Sequence record: MW630116.1
Source: Escherichia phage vB_EcoM-ZQ3
Strand: one strand, 5' to 3'
DNA: 64,000 bases
Part shown: piece by piece, positions 33,746-42,187 of the stretch
Layout: every line of letters starts with the position of its first letter
Position numbering within the stretch: position 1 is the stretch's first letter
Notes under the pieces: generated by a model
What the model saw: the letters and a program-made list of their open reading frames with translations, nothing else
What the model was told of the DNA's origin: nothing
The model's database searches: none
Program-made: the position numbers and the translations under genes

Positions 33746-33943
33746 ATGTCTCGTGAATTAGATTGTGCTGTACGTACCGCAGTAGCTGCTCTGGAAAACC
33801 TGTTCCAAATTGCAACAGAAGAACGCGAAGAAGTTACATTGTGGATTGAAGATAACGCAGGTCTGAATCTCCAGGACGCGATCTCATTATCCAATAATAG
33901 CATTACTGTTCAAGGCTGGGTATCATCTAGTTATTCTTGCTAA
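33746..33943 (+). CDS. Small protein, member 3 of the triplet (C-terminal QGWVSSSYSC)
   Basis: 65 aa. Confidence 0.55.
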   Translation: MSRELDCAVRTAVAALENLFQIATEEREEVTLWIEDNAGLNLQDAISLSNNSITVQGWVSSSYSC

Positions 33944-34005
33944 AACAGTTTACAACAAGATAGGGCTATGTTATAGTAGTCCTATCAAATTAAATGGAGT
34001 CCACA

Positions 34006-34245
34006 ATGATTTATTACGAAAGTATCGGAACCAAAGTGGTTGGTAAAACCATTACTCGTGAAAAGTTTGCAAAGATATTCGATATGCGTTATAAAAAATC
34101 TGAACACAAAGGCATCCGATTCGAAGATGCACATTGTACAATTTGCCCTTATAATGAAGATATAAATGGTACAATCGTTCCATTGGTAGAGGCTTCACAT
34201 GACGACCTCTGGGATGAATATAATATCGCATGTCGCGAAATTTAA
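34006..34245 (+). CDS. Hypothetical protein
   Basis: ATGGAG...ATG arrangement: the first ATG supplies GGAG as SD for the second; 79 aa. Confidence 0.45.
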   Translation: MIYYESIGTKVVGKTITREKFAKIFDMRYKKSEHKGIRFEDAHCTICPYNEDINGTIVPLVEASHDDLWDEYNIACREI

Positions 34246-34270
34246 GTAATCTAAATTCGAGGAAATTATT

Positions 34271-35227
34271 ATGATGTTAGTTATTGGTTCTCGTGCACTT
34301 CACTATCACGGTCTTATTGATTCTAACGCTATCAAAAATAGTGACTGGGACTTTATTGCAGACCAAGGTTCTTGGAATGCATTCAAAAATCAAATGATGG
34401 GTGTATATGTTCATCAAGATAACCCTGATGTCCAAGTTTTCAAATGCTTCCATAACGGACGCGAAACTCATTTTGAAGCATATATTGTTCCGGCAATCAC
34501 TAATGTCCGTGAACTAGTCGGTGAACTCACTCCTGAAGATTTCACGTCTTCTTATGACCTTTTAAAATACGCCAAGAAAAATTTGACTAAAGACCGTTTG
34601 AACGGGTTTTACTGGGCAACTCCTGAGATGTGCCTTGCAATTAAGATGTCTCATCGTTTCAAGAAAAATAATCCATTCTTTTTAAAGACTATGAACCATA
34701 TTCAGTATCTTCGTGGTAAAGGTGTTAAACTGAATGATGAACTTACTGAAATTATGCTGAAACGTCAGAAAGAAACCTTGAACTATGCTCACCCAGTTCT
34801 TGACACTTCTAAAAGTGCGTTCTTTAAAGATGACATCTATACATATGACCATGATACTATTCATGAAGCCATTGCACTAACAGACCGTCCAGCATATACA
34901 TTTTATATGAAAGACGGTTCTGAAGTCATGACCTCACGCGAGAAGTTCGAATCGTTACCAGAAATGGTCAAATTGGCCGGTGTATATGAAGAATCATGTG
35001 TACTAGCATTAGAACGTTCTCAGATTCCTAATGGCTTTGAAATCCATCCTCGTGATAGTTTTATGATGGCATTAGAAAAGGTCTGTACTTCAATCACATC
35101 AGGCTGGTTCCGTGAGTATGCCTGGGAGAACTACAGCAAAGTAGTAAGTATGTACCAAAGCTTAGGACATGATGATTACGTCAAACGTTTCAAACAAAAT
35201 TTCCATATGGTAAAACCTTTCAAATAA
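34271..35227 (+). CDS. Hypothetical protein, possible nucleotidyltransferase fold (weak)
   Basis: 318 aa; N-terminal IGSRAL...SDWDF loosely fits the G[GS]...D-x-D signature but with longer spacing than usual. Confidence 0.45.
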   Translation: MMLVIGSRALHYHGLIDSNAIKNSDWDFIADQGSWNAFKNQMMGVYVHQDNPDVQVFKCFHNGRETHFEAYIVPAITNVRELVGELTPEDFTSSYDLLKYAKKNLTKDRLNGFYWATPEMCLAIKMSHRFKKNNPFFLKTMNHIQYLRGKGVKLNDELTEIMLKRQKETLNYAHPVLDTSKSAFFKDDIYTYDHDTIHEAIALTDRPAYTFYMKDGSEVMTSREKFESLPEMVKLAGVYEESCVLALERSQIPNGFEIHPRDSFMMALEKVCTSITSGWFREYAWENYSKVVSMYQSLGHDDYVKRFKQNFHMVKPFK

Positions 35228-35306
35228 TTTCACCAAACTGTTTACAAGGTCTGTAGTTGTTGATACTATAGACCTATCAAAACAAATGAGTGAATGGAGA
35301 TACAAA

Positions 35307-35507
35307 ATGACTACTTTGAATAAACGTTTCGGTAAAGCTAAACCTGGCTGTGCAGCAGAACGTCGTTACATTTTCGCTCAGTTAGAAGATGTAGAGTATC
35401 AGATTAATCAAGTTCACATTACTGGCATCGAGCCTATGTGTGGCCTTGAAGCTCTTCGTGAAGTTCGTGACGGGTATCGTCGTGATATCGAAGAAATGTC
35501 AAAATAA
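35307..35507 (+). CDS. Hypothetical protein
   Basis: 66 aa from the second ATG of an ATGGAG...ATG arrangement. Confidence 0.45.
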   Translation: MTTLNKRFGKAKPGCAAERRYIFAQLEDVEYQINQVHITGIEPMCGLEALREVRDGYRRDIEEMSK

Positions 35508-35565
35508 GTGTACAAACTGATAGGGCTATGTTATAGTAGTCCTATTAAAACATGAGGAGAATAAT

Positions 35566-35871
35566 ATGAAATTAACAGAAACCAACCGAATTGGCCTTTT
35601 AACGATACTTACATCACCTTTTTATGCTGTGCTTTCTGTTGCAGTATTACAAAAGGCCTATGGCATGGACGGTGTTCCTGGTTGTGTATTTTTATCACCG
35701 TTTTTGTTATTAGTTGGTGCTCTGTTATTATACGCGACAACAGGTTTCGACCATAATGTTTGGGTCAAGTTTAAACGTAGATTAACTGAAGAAGAACACG
35801 CTGAAGCTCGTAAAAAAGCTATTGAATCTACCAATCTAGAAAATTTCATTAAAGAATGTCGAGGAAAATAA
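35566..35871 (+). CDS. Predicted membrane protein ending in the NFIKECR module
   Basis: 101 aa with two hydrophobic helices; C-terminal ...LENFIKECRGK. Confidence 0.5.
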   Translation: MKLTETNRIGLLTILTSPFYAVLSVAVLQKAYGMDGVPGCVFLSPFLLLVGALLLYATTGFDHNVWVKFKRRLTEEEHAEARKKAIESTNLENFIKECRGK

Positions 35872-35872
35872 T

Positions 35873-36559
35873 ATGAATAGTTCTAAAGTGTTTAATAGTC
35901 AAGCTCGTGCAGTAGGTGGTTTTGCTCATGCGATTAAAAATGACCAGATTAAAAACGAGCCTATGTTCTTCAACTGTAGTTTAGAATTTGCTTATAATAA
36001 CGGTGGTCCTATTACTCGCAGCTTCATCATGAACTTGCCTGATGATTGGAACACCGACCAGGTTGTATTTGATTCACGGGTCCACATGCTGATGCCTGGT
36101 TGGTACCCTGCTATCCCGGGTTATCACCATGATGATGTACCACGCCCGGATATTCCGGTTGGTCAACACTTTATTACTGCAGGACAACCTGATTATGACA
36201 ATCCTCGCTATTTGTCTGAACATATTCTTGGTCTTGTTAACGCTGATGTGTGTCCTACTCATTTTGCAACAGGAACTGCAGAGTTCAGTCAGATTCCTGA
36301 TGGCGAACTTATCTATCGCCAGTGGCACAAAGAAGTCCTCGAAAAAATTGAAAAAGGTGAACTAGAGAAATGGGAAGCTCCAGATCGTACTCTTCTTCAG
36401 TTTGATTGGCAAACATGGCACACTGGTTCTCGTGCAATTAGTAATGGATGGCGTTGGTTCGGACGTGTATCTCGTAATACAGACCGAGTTAAAAAGATTA
36501 CCAATGAAATTCGTGTCAATGCTCAAGTTTATCTGGAATTCCCTATGGAAGGCTGGTAA
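35873..36559 (+). CDS. Hypothetical protein
   Basis: 228 aa; His/Asp-rich segment (HHDDVP); no family assigned. Confidence 0.5.
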   Translation: MNSSKVFNSQARAVGGFAHAIKNDQIKNEPMFFNCSLEFAYNNGGPITRSFIMNLPDDWNTDQVVFDSRVHMLMPGWYPAIPGYHHDDVPRPDIPVGQHFITAGQPDYDNPRYLSEHILGLVNADVCPTHFATGTAEFSQIPDGELIYRQWHKEVLEKIEKGELEKWEAPDRTLLQFDWQTWHTGSRAISNGWRWFGRVSRNTDRVKKITNEIRVNAQVYLEFPMEGW

Positions 36560-36652
36560 TGATTAACAAAACATATTGGTCTTAATATAGACGATGGCAA
36601 CGAAGGTATTTCATACTATTCAGTAGATTGGACAGGATGTCCATCCTACTTA

Positions 36653-36964
36653 GTGAAACATATTTGCCAAGAATTTAAAATCGACCAGCCAGCAGGTATT
36701 ATCGTGAACAGATACATTAATGGATATCAACCTATCGATGAAGTAATACGAACAACTCAAGCTGAGCTTGAAAAGTTTTTCAATAAGTGCCAATGGATAA
36801 CAGGATGGATTATATTTGTACCGTCTATATGGTTTTTCAGTACTAAGGTGAGTTCTTTCGGTTTTGTTGATATTATTGCTATCTTATTAGCATCTAGTAT
36901 CATAAGTGTTGTTGGTGGCATCATTGGCGGCGGTACCGCCGCCATCATTATTAAATCTTATTAA
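36653..36964 (+). CDS. Predicted membrane protein with C-terminal glycine zipper; start codon uncertain
   Basis: ORF has no in-frame ATG (GTG at 36653); C-terminal VVGGIIGGGTAAIII. Confidence 0.35.
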   Translation: MKHICQEFKIDQPAGIIVNRYINGYQPIDEVIRTTQAELEKFFNKCQWITGWIIFVPSIWFFSTKVSSFGFVDIIAILLASSIISVVGGIIGGGTAAIIIKSY

Positions 36965-37048
36965 AAGTAGTTTACAAGAACATAAAGCCAAGATAAAGGC
37001 CAAGAATAATGAAGTTGAACGTTTTATTACCGAATGCAGGAATTTGAG

Positions 37049-37285
37049 ATGAGTATAGCAATTTACATTAAATCAGAATCATGTGATAGTTATCTGTACA
37101 CATACGATAAAGACGTGTCAGAAGAAAAAATCAAAGACGATCTTAATATGGACCTTGATATGTTCTGTCCTATTGCAGATTACAAACTTGCGGTCTCTAA
37201 TAGTGAAAGTCCATCTAAAGAAACGCGCATTGAAGAATTTATGTCCGAATTAATGGCTAAATCATGGGACCGAGATGATGAGTAA
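37049..37285 (+). CDS. Hypothetical acidic protein
   Basis: 78 aa; ATG overlaps the stop of a short upstream reading frame. Confidence 0.45.
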   Translation: MSIAIYIKSESCDSYLYTYDKDVSEEKIKDDLNMDLDMFCPIADYKLAVSNSESPSKETRIEEFMSELMAKSWDRDDE

Positions 37286-37732
37286 GAAAAATAAAGTGAA
37301 AGAACTATCAGCCGGTATTATTTTCCTTACCGAAGATAAAGAATTATTCATGGGGCGTGTAACTGGTTCTCGTCCTAAAGGTTCTTTAGCTCATCGGTGG
37401 GATATTCCTAAAGGACGTGTCGAGCCCGCCGAATCTCCTATTGAAGCCGCTATTCGCGAATGCGAAGAAGAAACTGGGTTTACACAATATGACCTGCCTT
37501 CCTGAAAGACCTAGGTGAACATCATTACTCAGACAATAAGAATATTCATCTGTTCCTATATACCATCCCTGTAGAGCACGAGCAATTCAGAAACAGTGTT
37601 TGTAATTCCTATCATACATTCCCAGACGGACGACAGATTCCTGAATTTGATGCATTCGCTTTAATTAAACCTTCTCAATGGGAATATGTAATGGGCAAAT
37701 CATTATATAAGGTGCTCACTACCCTCCTATAA
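37275..37732 (+). pseudogene. nudE: Nudix hydrolase (nudE / e.1 homolog) split by a -1 frameshift
   Basis: Frame A 37275..37505 carries the Nudix box GRVEPAESPIEAAIRECEEETG then stops; the homolog continues in the -1 frame 37499..37732 (LKDLGEHHYSD...); summed length about 153 aa, like T4 NudE. Confidence 0.6.
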
Positions 37733-37740
37733 GTAATAAA

Positions 37741-37764
37741 TACCTCCTATAAACGTGGGAGGTA
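37741..37764 (+). promoter_or_regulatory. Hairpin spanning the RBS of gene e with an internal late-promoter-like element
   Basis: TACCTCC-tataaacgtg-GGAGGTA; right arm is the e SD; loop holds TATAAACG (6/8 to TATAAATA); matches the arrangement described for T4 gene e. Confidence 0.5.
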
Positions 37765-37766
37765 TT

Positions 37767-38255
37767 ATGAATATATTTGAAATGCTTCGTAATGACGAAG
37801 GTCTTAGACTGACTTTATACAAAGACACCGAAGGCTTTTGGACGATTGGCATAGGCCATTTAGTAACAAAGAACCCGTCTTTAGCCGTAGCTAAAGCTGA
37901 ACTTGACAGAATGATCGGTCGTAAATGCAACGGTACAATTACCCTTGATGAGGCTGAAAAGCTATTTAATGAAGACGTTGATAAAGCCGTTCGCGGAATC
38001 TTGGGTAATGCTAAACTTAAACCGGTATATGATTCTTTAGATGCAGTTCGTCGATGTGCATTGGTCAATATGGTCTTCCAAATGGGTGTAGCAGGCGTCG
38101 CAGGTTTTACTAATTCTCTTCGTATGCTTCAACAGAAACGTTGGGATGAAGCGGCAGTAAATCTAGCCCAATCTAAATGGTATCGTCAGACACCTAATCG
38201 CGCGAAACGCGTAATCTCAACATTTAAAACAGGAACTTGGAAAGCGTATATATGA
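37767..38255 (+). CDS. e: Endolysin (T4 lysozyme, gene e)
   Basis: 162 aa; [32 protein letters not shown]... near-identical to T4 lysozyme. Confidence 0.95.
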   Translation: MNIFEMLRNDEGLRLTLYKDTEGFWTIGIGHLVTKNPSLAVAKAELDRMIGRKCNGTITLDEAEKLFNEDVDKAVRGILGNAKLKPVYDSLDAVRRCALVNMVFQMGVAGVAGFTNSLRMLQQKRWDEAAVNLAQSKWYRQTPNRAKRVISTFKTGTWKAYI

Positions 38256-38533
38256 AAACATATAGTGAATTTTTATCAGAATCTATTCTTAACGAAGCTA
38301 CTGACACATTTGCAACTAAGCTAGGTGCAGCTTTGGTTGAAGCTGAAAGTCTATTAGCACGTATTTCTGAACTTGCTAGTAAGATAGATACTCGCAAATT
38401 TGAGCGCACCAGTGATATCGTTAAGCTTGAAGCCTTGTTGCGTATGTGTGATAAACCGGAAGAAATCGCTAAGAACGGCTCGCTGATGAAACAACGTCTT
38501 GAAAAATATATTTCAGGCGCTTCAGAAAAATAG
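38252..38533 (+). CDS. Internal-protein-like gene with capsid-targeting sequence [10 protein letters not shown]
   Basis: 93 aa; ATGA overlap with the e stop; position of ipIII/ipII in T4. Confidence 0.6.
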   Translation: MKTYSEFLSESILNEATDTFATKLGAALVEAESLLARISELASKIDTRKFERTSDIVKLEALLRMCDKPEEIAKNGSLMKQRLEKYISGASEK

Positions 38534-38591
38534 TGTTTACTTCCTCCAAGGGTTTTGATACTATACATTCATCAACTACTTGGAGGAAATT

Positions 38592-39005
38592 ATGACTCGT
38601 ATCAATTTAACACTTGTTTCTGAACTGACCGACCAACATCTTATGGCTGAGTATCGTGAATTACCACGCGTATTTGGTGCAGTCCGTAAACATGTTCAAA
38701 ACGGTAAACGTGTAAAGGATTTTAAAATCTCCCCGACATTTATCTTAGGCACAGGTCATGTAACATTCTTTTACGACAAACTCGAATTTTTACGTTTACG
38801 TCAAATCGAGCTAATCGCTGAATGCTTGAAACGTGGTTTCAAAATCAAGGACACGACTGTCCAAGATATTTCCGACATCCCTGCCGAATTTCGTAATAAT
38901 TATGTCCCGTCCGAAGCGTCCATTGCGATAAGTCAAGCACGCTTAGACGAAAAAATTGCTCAACGTCCTACTTGGTACAAATACTATGGTAAATCAATTT
39001 ACTAA
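38592..39005 (+). CDS. denV: Endonuclease V, pyrimidine-dimer DNA glycosylase (denV)
   Basis: 137 aa; [35 protein letters not shown]... near-identical to T4 endonuclease V. Confidence 0.95.
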   Translation: MTRINLTLVSELTDQHLMAEYRELPRVFGAVRKHVQNGKRVKDFKISPTFILGTGHVTFFYDKLEFLRLRQIELIAECLKRGFKIKDTTVQDISDIPAEFRNNYVPSEASIAISQARLDEKIAQRPTWYKYYGKSIY

Positions 39006-39096
39006 GGAAAAAGGTTGCGATGGTAAAGCTTAAACAGTTTACGCTTAAGTATTAATATGGTATAATTACTCTATCAAAACAAACAAGGAAACAAAA

Positions 39097-39399
39097 ATGA
39101 AAACATATCAAGAATTTATTACTGAAGCGCGAGTGAGTGCAGGTAAATTAGAAGCCGCTATAAATAAAAAGGCCCATTCATTTCACGATTTGTCCGATAA
39201 AGACCGTAAGAAACTTGTAAGCCTTTATATTGACAAAGAGCGTATTCTCGCTCTTCCTGGCGCTAATGAAGGTAAACAGGCCAAGCCTTTGAATGCTGTT
39301 GAAAAGAAAATTGATAACTTTGCTTCTAAATTCGGTATGTCTATGGATGACCTTCAGCAAGCGGCTATCGAAGCAGCTAAAGTAATTAAAGGTAAATAA
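39097..39399 (+). CDS. Internal-protein-like gene with capsid-targeting sequence MKTYQEFITE
   Basis: 100 aa; canonical capsid-targeting peptide; promoter cassette upstream. Confidence 0.6.
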   Translation: MKTYQEFITEARVSAGKLEAAINKKAHSFHDLSDKDRKKLVSLYIDKERILALPGANEGKQAKPLNAVEKKIDNFASKFGMSMDDLQQAAIEAAKVIKGK

Positions 39400-39671
39400 C
39401 AGTTTACTTTCTCCTAGAATTGTGATAGTATAATCATAATTACTTGGAGAGGTAAAATGACTCGATGAAAAAATTTTAATGAAGCCACACTGGTATAAGT
39501 ATTAAGGCAAAAATATTTACATTCAAATAACATGGGAACAAGCTGGACCTCATGATTCTATGAGGGATTCCCGCCAACCTGTAATAAGGTCGAGCCCAAG
39601 TGCGGTAATGGGTAAATACAGAAATGGACAATTCATGTGCCATGGAATGGCCCAAACTTAGAGAGAACAAA

Positions 39672-40211
39672 ATGAAAACATTTTTAACTGGACCTTATCT
39701 ATCCCTGATGAATGCTTTTACACACCATTCTGATGCTAGAGTAGAAGAAATTTGTAAGAACGGTTATGTCCCACCATTTGAAGACATACTCAAGCAGTAC
39801 TGTACACTTCGTTTAGACGGTGGCAGACAATCAGGTAAATCCACTGCAGTAACTAATTTTGCTGCTAATTGGCTGCACGACGATGGAACAGTTATTGTTC
39901 TTTCTAATACTTCAGCTTATGCTAAAATTTCTGCTGGCAACATTAAAAAAGAATTTTCTCGTTATTCTAGCGATGATATTCGATTCCGTTTATTTACTGA
40001 TTCTGTCCGTAGTTTTATTGGCAATGAAGGTTCTAAATTCCGTGGATTAACGCTTTCTCGTATTCTATACATAATTGACGAGCCTATTAAAGCTCCTGAT
40101 ATGGATAAGATTTACAATGTCCATATTAAATCAGTACAGCACTGCTGCAAAAGCAAATATTGCATAGGCGGTACTGCTCGTCCTCAATTTTTTGTGATTG
40201 GAATGCAATGA
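39672..40211 (+). CDS. Predicted P-loop NTPase
   Basis: Walker A GGRQSGKST and Walker-B-like LYIIDEP; 179 aa. Confidence 0.55.
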   Translation: MKTFLTGPYLSLMNAFTHHSDARVEEICKNGYVPPFEDILKQYCTLRLDGGRQSGKSTAVTNFAANWLHDDGTVIVLSNTSAYAKISAGNIKKEFSRYSSDDIRFRLFTDSVRSFIGNEGSKFRGLTLSRILYIIDEPIKAPDMDKIYNVHIKSVQHCCKSKYCIGGTARPQFFVIGMQ

Positions 40212-40516
40212 TGACCACTATTGAAGTTTTTGAGTATTGTTATAACAGTCCAGTATGCAATAAAAGGGCTCTTGTAGAAAATTACGAGATCTACCATTTT
40301 AAACCTAAACGATATCGTTTGACTAAAGGTCCGTTCGCAGGTCAGCAGGTTCTTTGTACTGCTCCTAATGCACGGTTGATGACTAGTATTCCGCATTTCA
40401 AAATGGAATTTATTGATGGGCCATTTAAGGGATTAATCACTCAAAGTTTAATGGCGTTTAATTCCGACCCATTTTTGATTAAAGAAAAATCTTGGATAAA
40501 TTTATTTTCTAATTGA
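40208..40516 (+). CDS. Hypothetical protein
   Basis: 102 aa; ATGA overlap with the upstream gene. Confidence 0.45.
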   Translation: MMTTIEVFEYCYNSPVCNKRALVENYEIYHFKPKRYRLTKGPFAGQQVLCTAPNARLMTSIPHFKMEFIDGPFKGLITQSLMAFNSDPFLIKEKSWINLFSN

Positions 40517-40522
40517 GGTTAT

Positions 40523-40885
40523 ATGAAAGCATATCAAATTCTTGAAGGCACACACAAAGGCACTATTTATTTTGAAGACGGTACTCAAGCCCGGATTATT
40601 GTCTCTAAGACTTTTAAAGAAGACGCTATTGTAGACCCGGAAATTTTCTACGGTTTGAATGCCCGTGAAATTGAAATTGAACATCAACCTAAAGTTAAAA
40701 TTGAAGGTGGTCAACACCTGAACGTTAATGTTCTGCGTCGTGAAACTCTGGAAGATGCAGTTAAGCATCCAGAAAAATATCCGCAGTTGACCATCCGTGT
40801 ATCCGGTTATGCAGTTCGCTTTAACTCTCTGACTCCGGAACAGCAGCGCGACGTTATCGCTCGTACCTTTACTGAGAGTCTATAA
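40523..40885 (+). CDS. Autonomous glycyl-radical cofactor (GrcA/YfiD-like)
   Basis: C-terminal ...[60 protein letters not shown] is the glycyl-radical module; codon usage in this half looks host-like (CTG, CGT, GCG). Confidence 0.8.
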   Translation: MKAYQILEGTHKGTIYFEDGTQARIIVSKTFKEDAIVDPEIFYGLNAREIEIEHQPKVKIEGGQHLNVNVLRRETLEDAVKHPEKYPQLTIRVSGYAVRFNSLTPEQQRDVIARTFTESL

Positions 40886-41109
40886 TGGCTAAATTGATTA
40901 TAGAAGGGTCTGAAGATGTTTTAAAATGTTTTGCCGCCTGGTTTAGTTGCTCAGGCGAGCAATCATTCATTGAAGCATTTAGAATGGGTGATATTACTGG
41001 AAACTATCCGGCAACTGATATCACTGTACGTGGATATGGTATTAATGAGCCTATCCAATTGGTCGAATATGACCTTGCCACTGATGAGGAAATTCCTTAT
41101 GTCGATTGA
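40885..41109 (+). CDS. Hypothetical protein
   Basis: 74 aa. Confidence 0.45.
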   Translation: MAKLIIEGSEDVLKCFAAWFSCSGEQSFIEAFRMGDITGNYPATDITVRGYGINEPIQLVEYDLATDEEIPYVD

Positions 41110-41365
41110 AGATATTAAAGGCTACAAGCCACATACCGACGATAAAATCGGTAAAGTGAACGCTATTAAAGATGCAGAAGTCCGTCTTGGATTGTTGTTT
41201 GATGCTCTGATTGAAGAAGCATATATCTTGAAAGAAAATGAAACAGAGCAACAAACCAAAGAAGATATGGATGCAGTACAGGCTCTTAAGTATGCTAAGC
41301 AACATCTAAAAGAAGCCAGCATGTGGGCCTGTCGTGCAGTATTTCGACCTGAGGAAAAATACTAA
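41099..41365 (+). CDS. Hypothetical protein
   Basis: 88 aa from ATG overlapping the upstream stop. Confidence 0.45.
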   Translation: MSIEDIKGYKPHTDDKIGKVNAIKDAEVRLGLLFDALIEEAYILKENETEQQTKEDMDAVQALKYAKQHLKEASMWACRAVFRPEEKY

Positions 41366-41664
41366 TGGCTCAAATCCTATCAGGCTTTGGAACTCATTAT
41401 GAATCATCTAGACGCATAACTGAAAGCAATCCTTTTGGCCTTGTTCCGAAGCACAAAAAAATTCAAAGCCTTGATGACTTTGAGAACCGCCTATGGGCCC
41501 TCTTTAATGAGTACAAGGCATATCTGAAAGAAGACGCTGACGATTGTCTTGAAGAAGATGAGATTGCGTATTACGAACAACGCCTTGAACAGCTCAAGAA
41601 CTTCCACCAGGTTCGTGACGAAGTATCTAAAGCAGTTAAAAAGTTAATTCCTTTCAAAGAGTAG
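41365..41664 (+). CDS. Hypothetical protein (T4 vs-cluster position)
   Basis: 99 aa helical protein next to regB. Confidence 0.45.
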   Translation: MAQILSGFGTHYESSRRITESNPFGLVPKHKKIQSLDDFENRLWALFNEYKAYLKEDADDCLEEDEIAYYEQRLEQLKNFHQVRDEVSKAVKKLIPFKE

Positions 41665-41720
41665 TTTACTTCTCCTCTAGATGTGTTACTATAGACCTGT
41701 CAACTAGAGGAGAAATCAAA

Positions 41721-42179
41721 ATGACTATCAATTCAGACGTTTTTATCCGCCGCAATAAACTCCGTCGAATCTTTGAAACGGAGTTCCGCAAAATAAATGC
41801 CAGTATAAAAGATGCTGCAAAGTCTCTTGGACTACCAGGCTTTCATATCAAGTATTCTCAACATCTCTTAGATCGTGCCATCCAGAGAGAAATAGATGAG
41901 AACTACGTTTTTGAATTATTTCGTAAAGTAAAAAATCATGTTAAAGAAGTTGCAGAATTTTTATCAATGCCGGCACGTCCGGATGTTGATGAAGATTTTG
42001 TCGAAGGCGTCGAATATCGCCCAGGCCGTTTAGAAATAACTGATGGAAATCTTTGGTTAGGACTTACAGTTTGTCGCGAAAATCCAGCATTCAAAATGAA
42101 GACTCTTCAATGCAGAATGGCTATTATTAACAGTAAACGACTACCAGGAAAAGCTTCTAAAGCAGTGATTAAAATCTAG
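41721..42179 (+). CDS. regB: RegB endoribonuclease
   Basis: 152 aa; matches T4 RegB as recalled; promoter cassette upstream. Confidence 0.8.
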   Translation: MTINSDVFIRRNKLRRIFETEFRKINASIKDAAKSLGLPGFHIKYSQHLLDRAIQREIDENYVFELFRKVKNHVKEVAEFLSMPARPDVDEDFVEGVEYRPGRLEITDGNLWLGLTVCRENPAFKMKTLQCRMAIINSKRLPGKASKAVIKI

Positions 42180-42187
42180 AGGTAAAC

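Noticed and set aside
37490-37510. Programmed ribosomal frameshifting in nudE
   Set aside because: No slippery heptamer or downstream structure at the junction; a one-base deletion or sequencing error is more parsimonious, though not excluded.
39476-39670. Minus-strand 64-aa ORF in the non-coding stretch after the orphan promoter
   Set aside because: No RBS or promoter in the right orientation; the region is better explained as non-coding RNA or a remnant.
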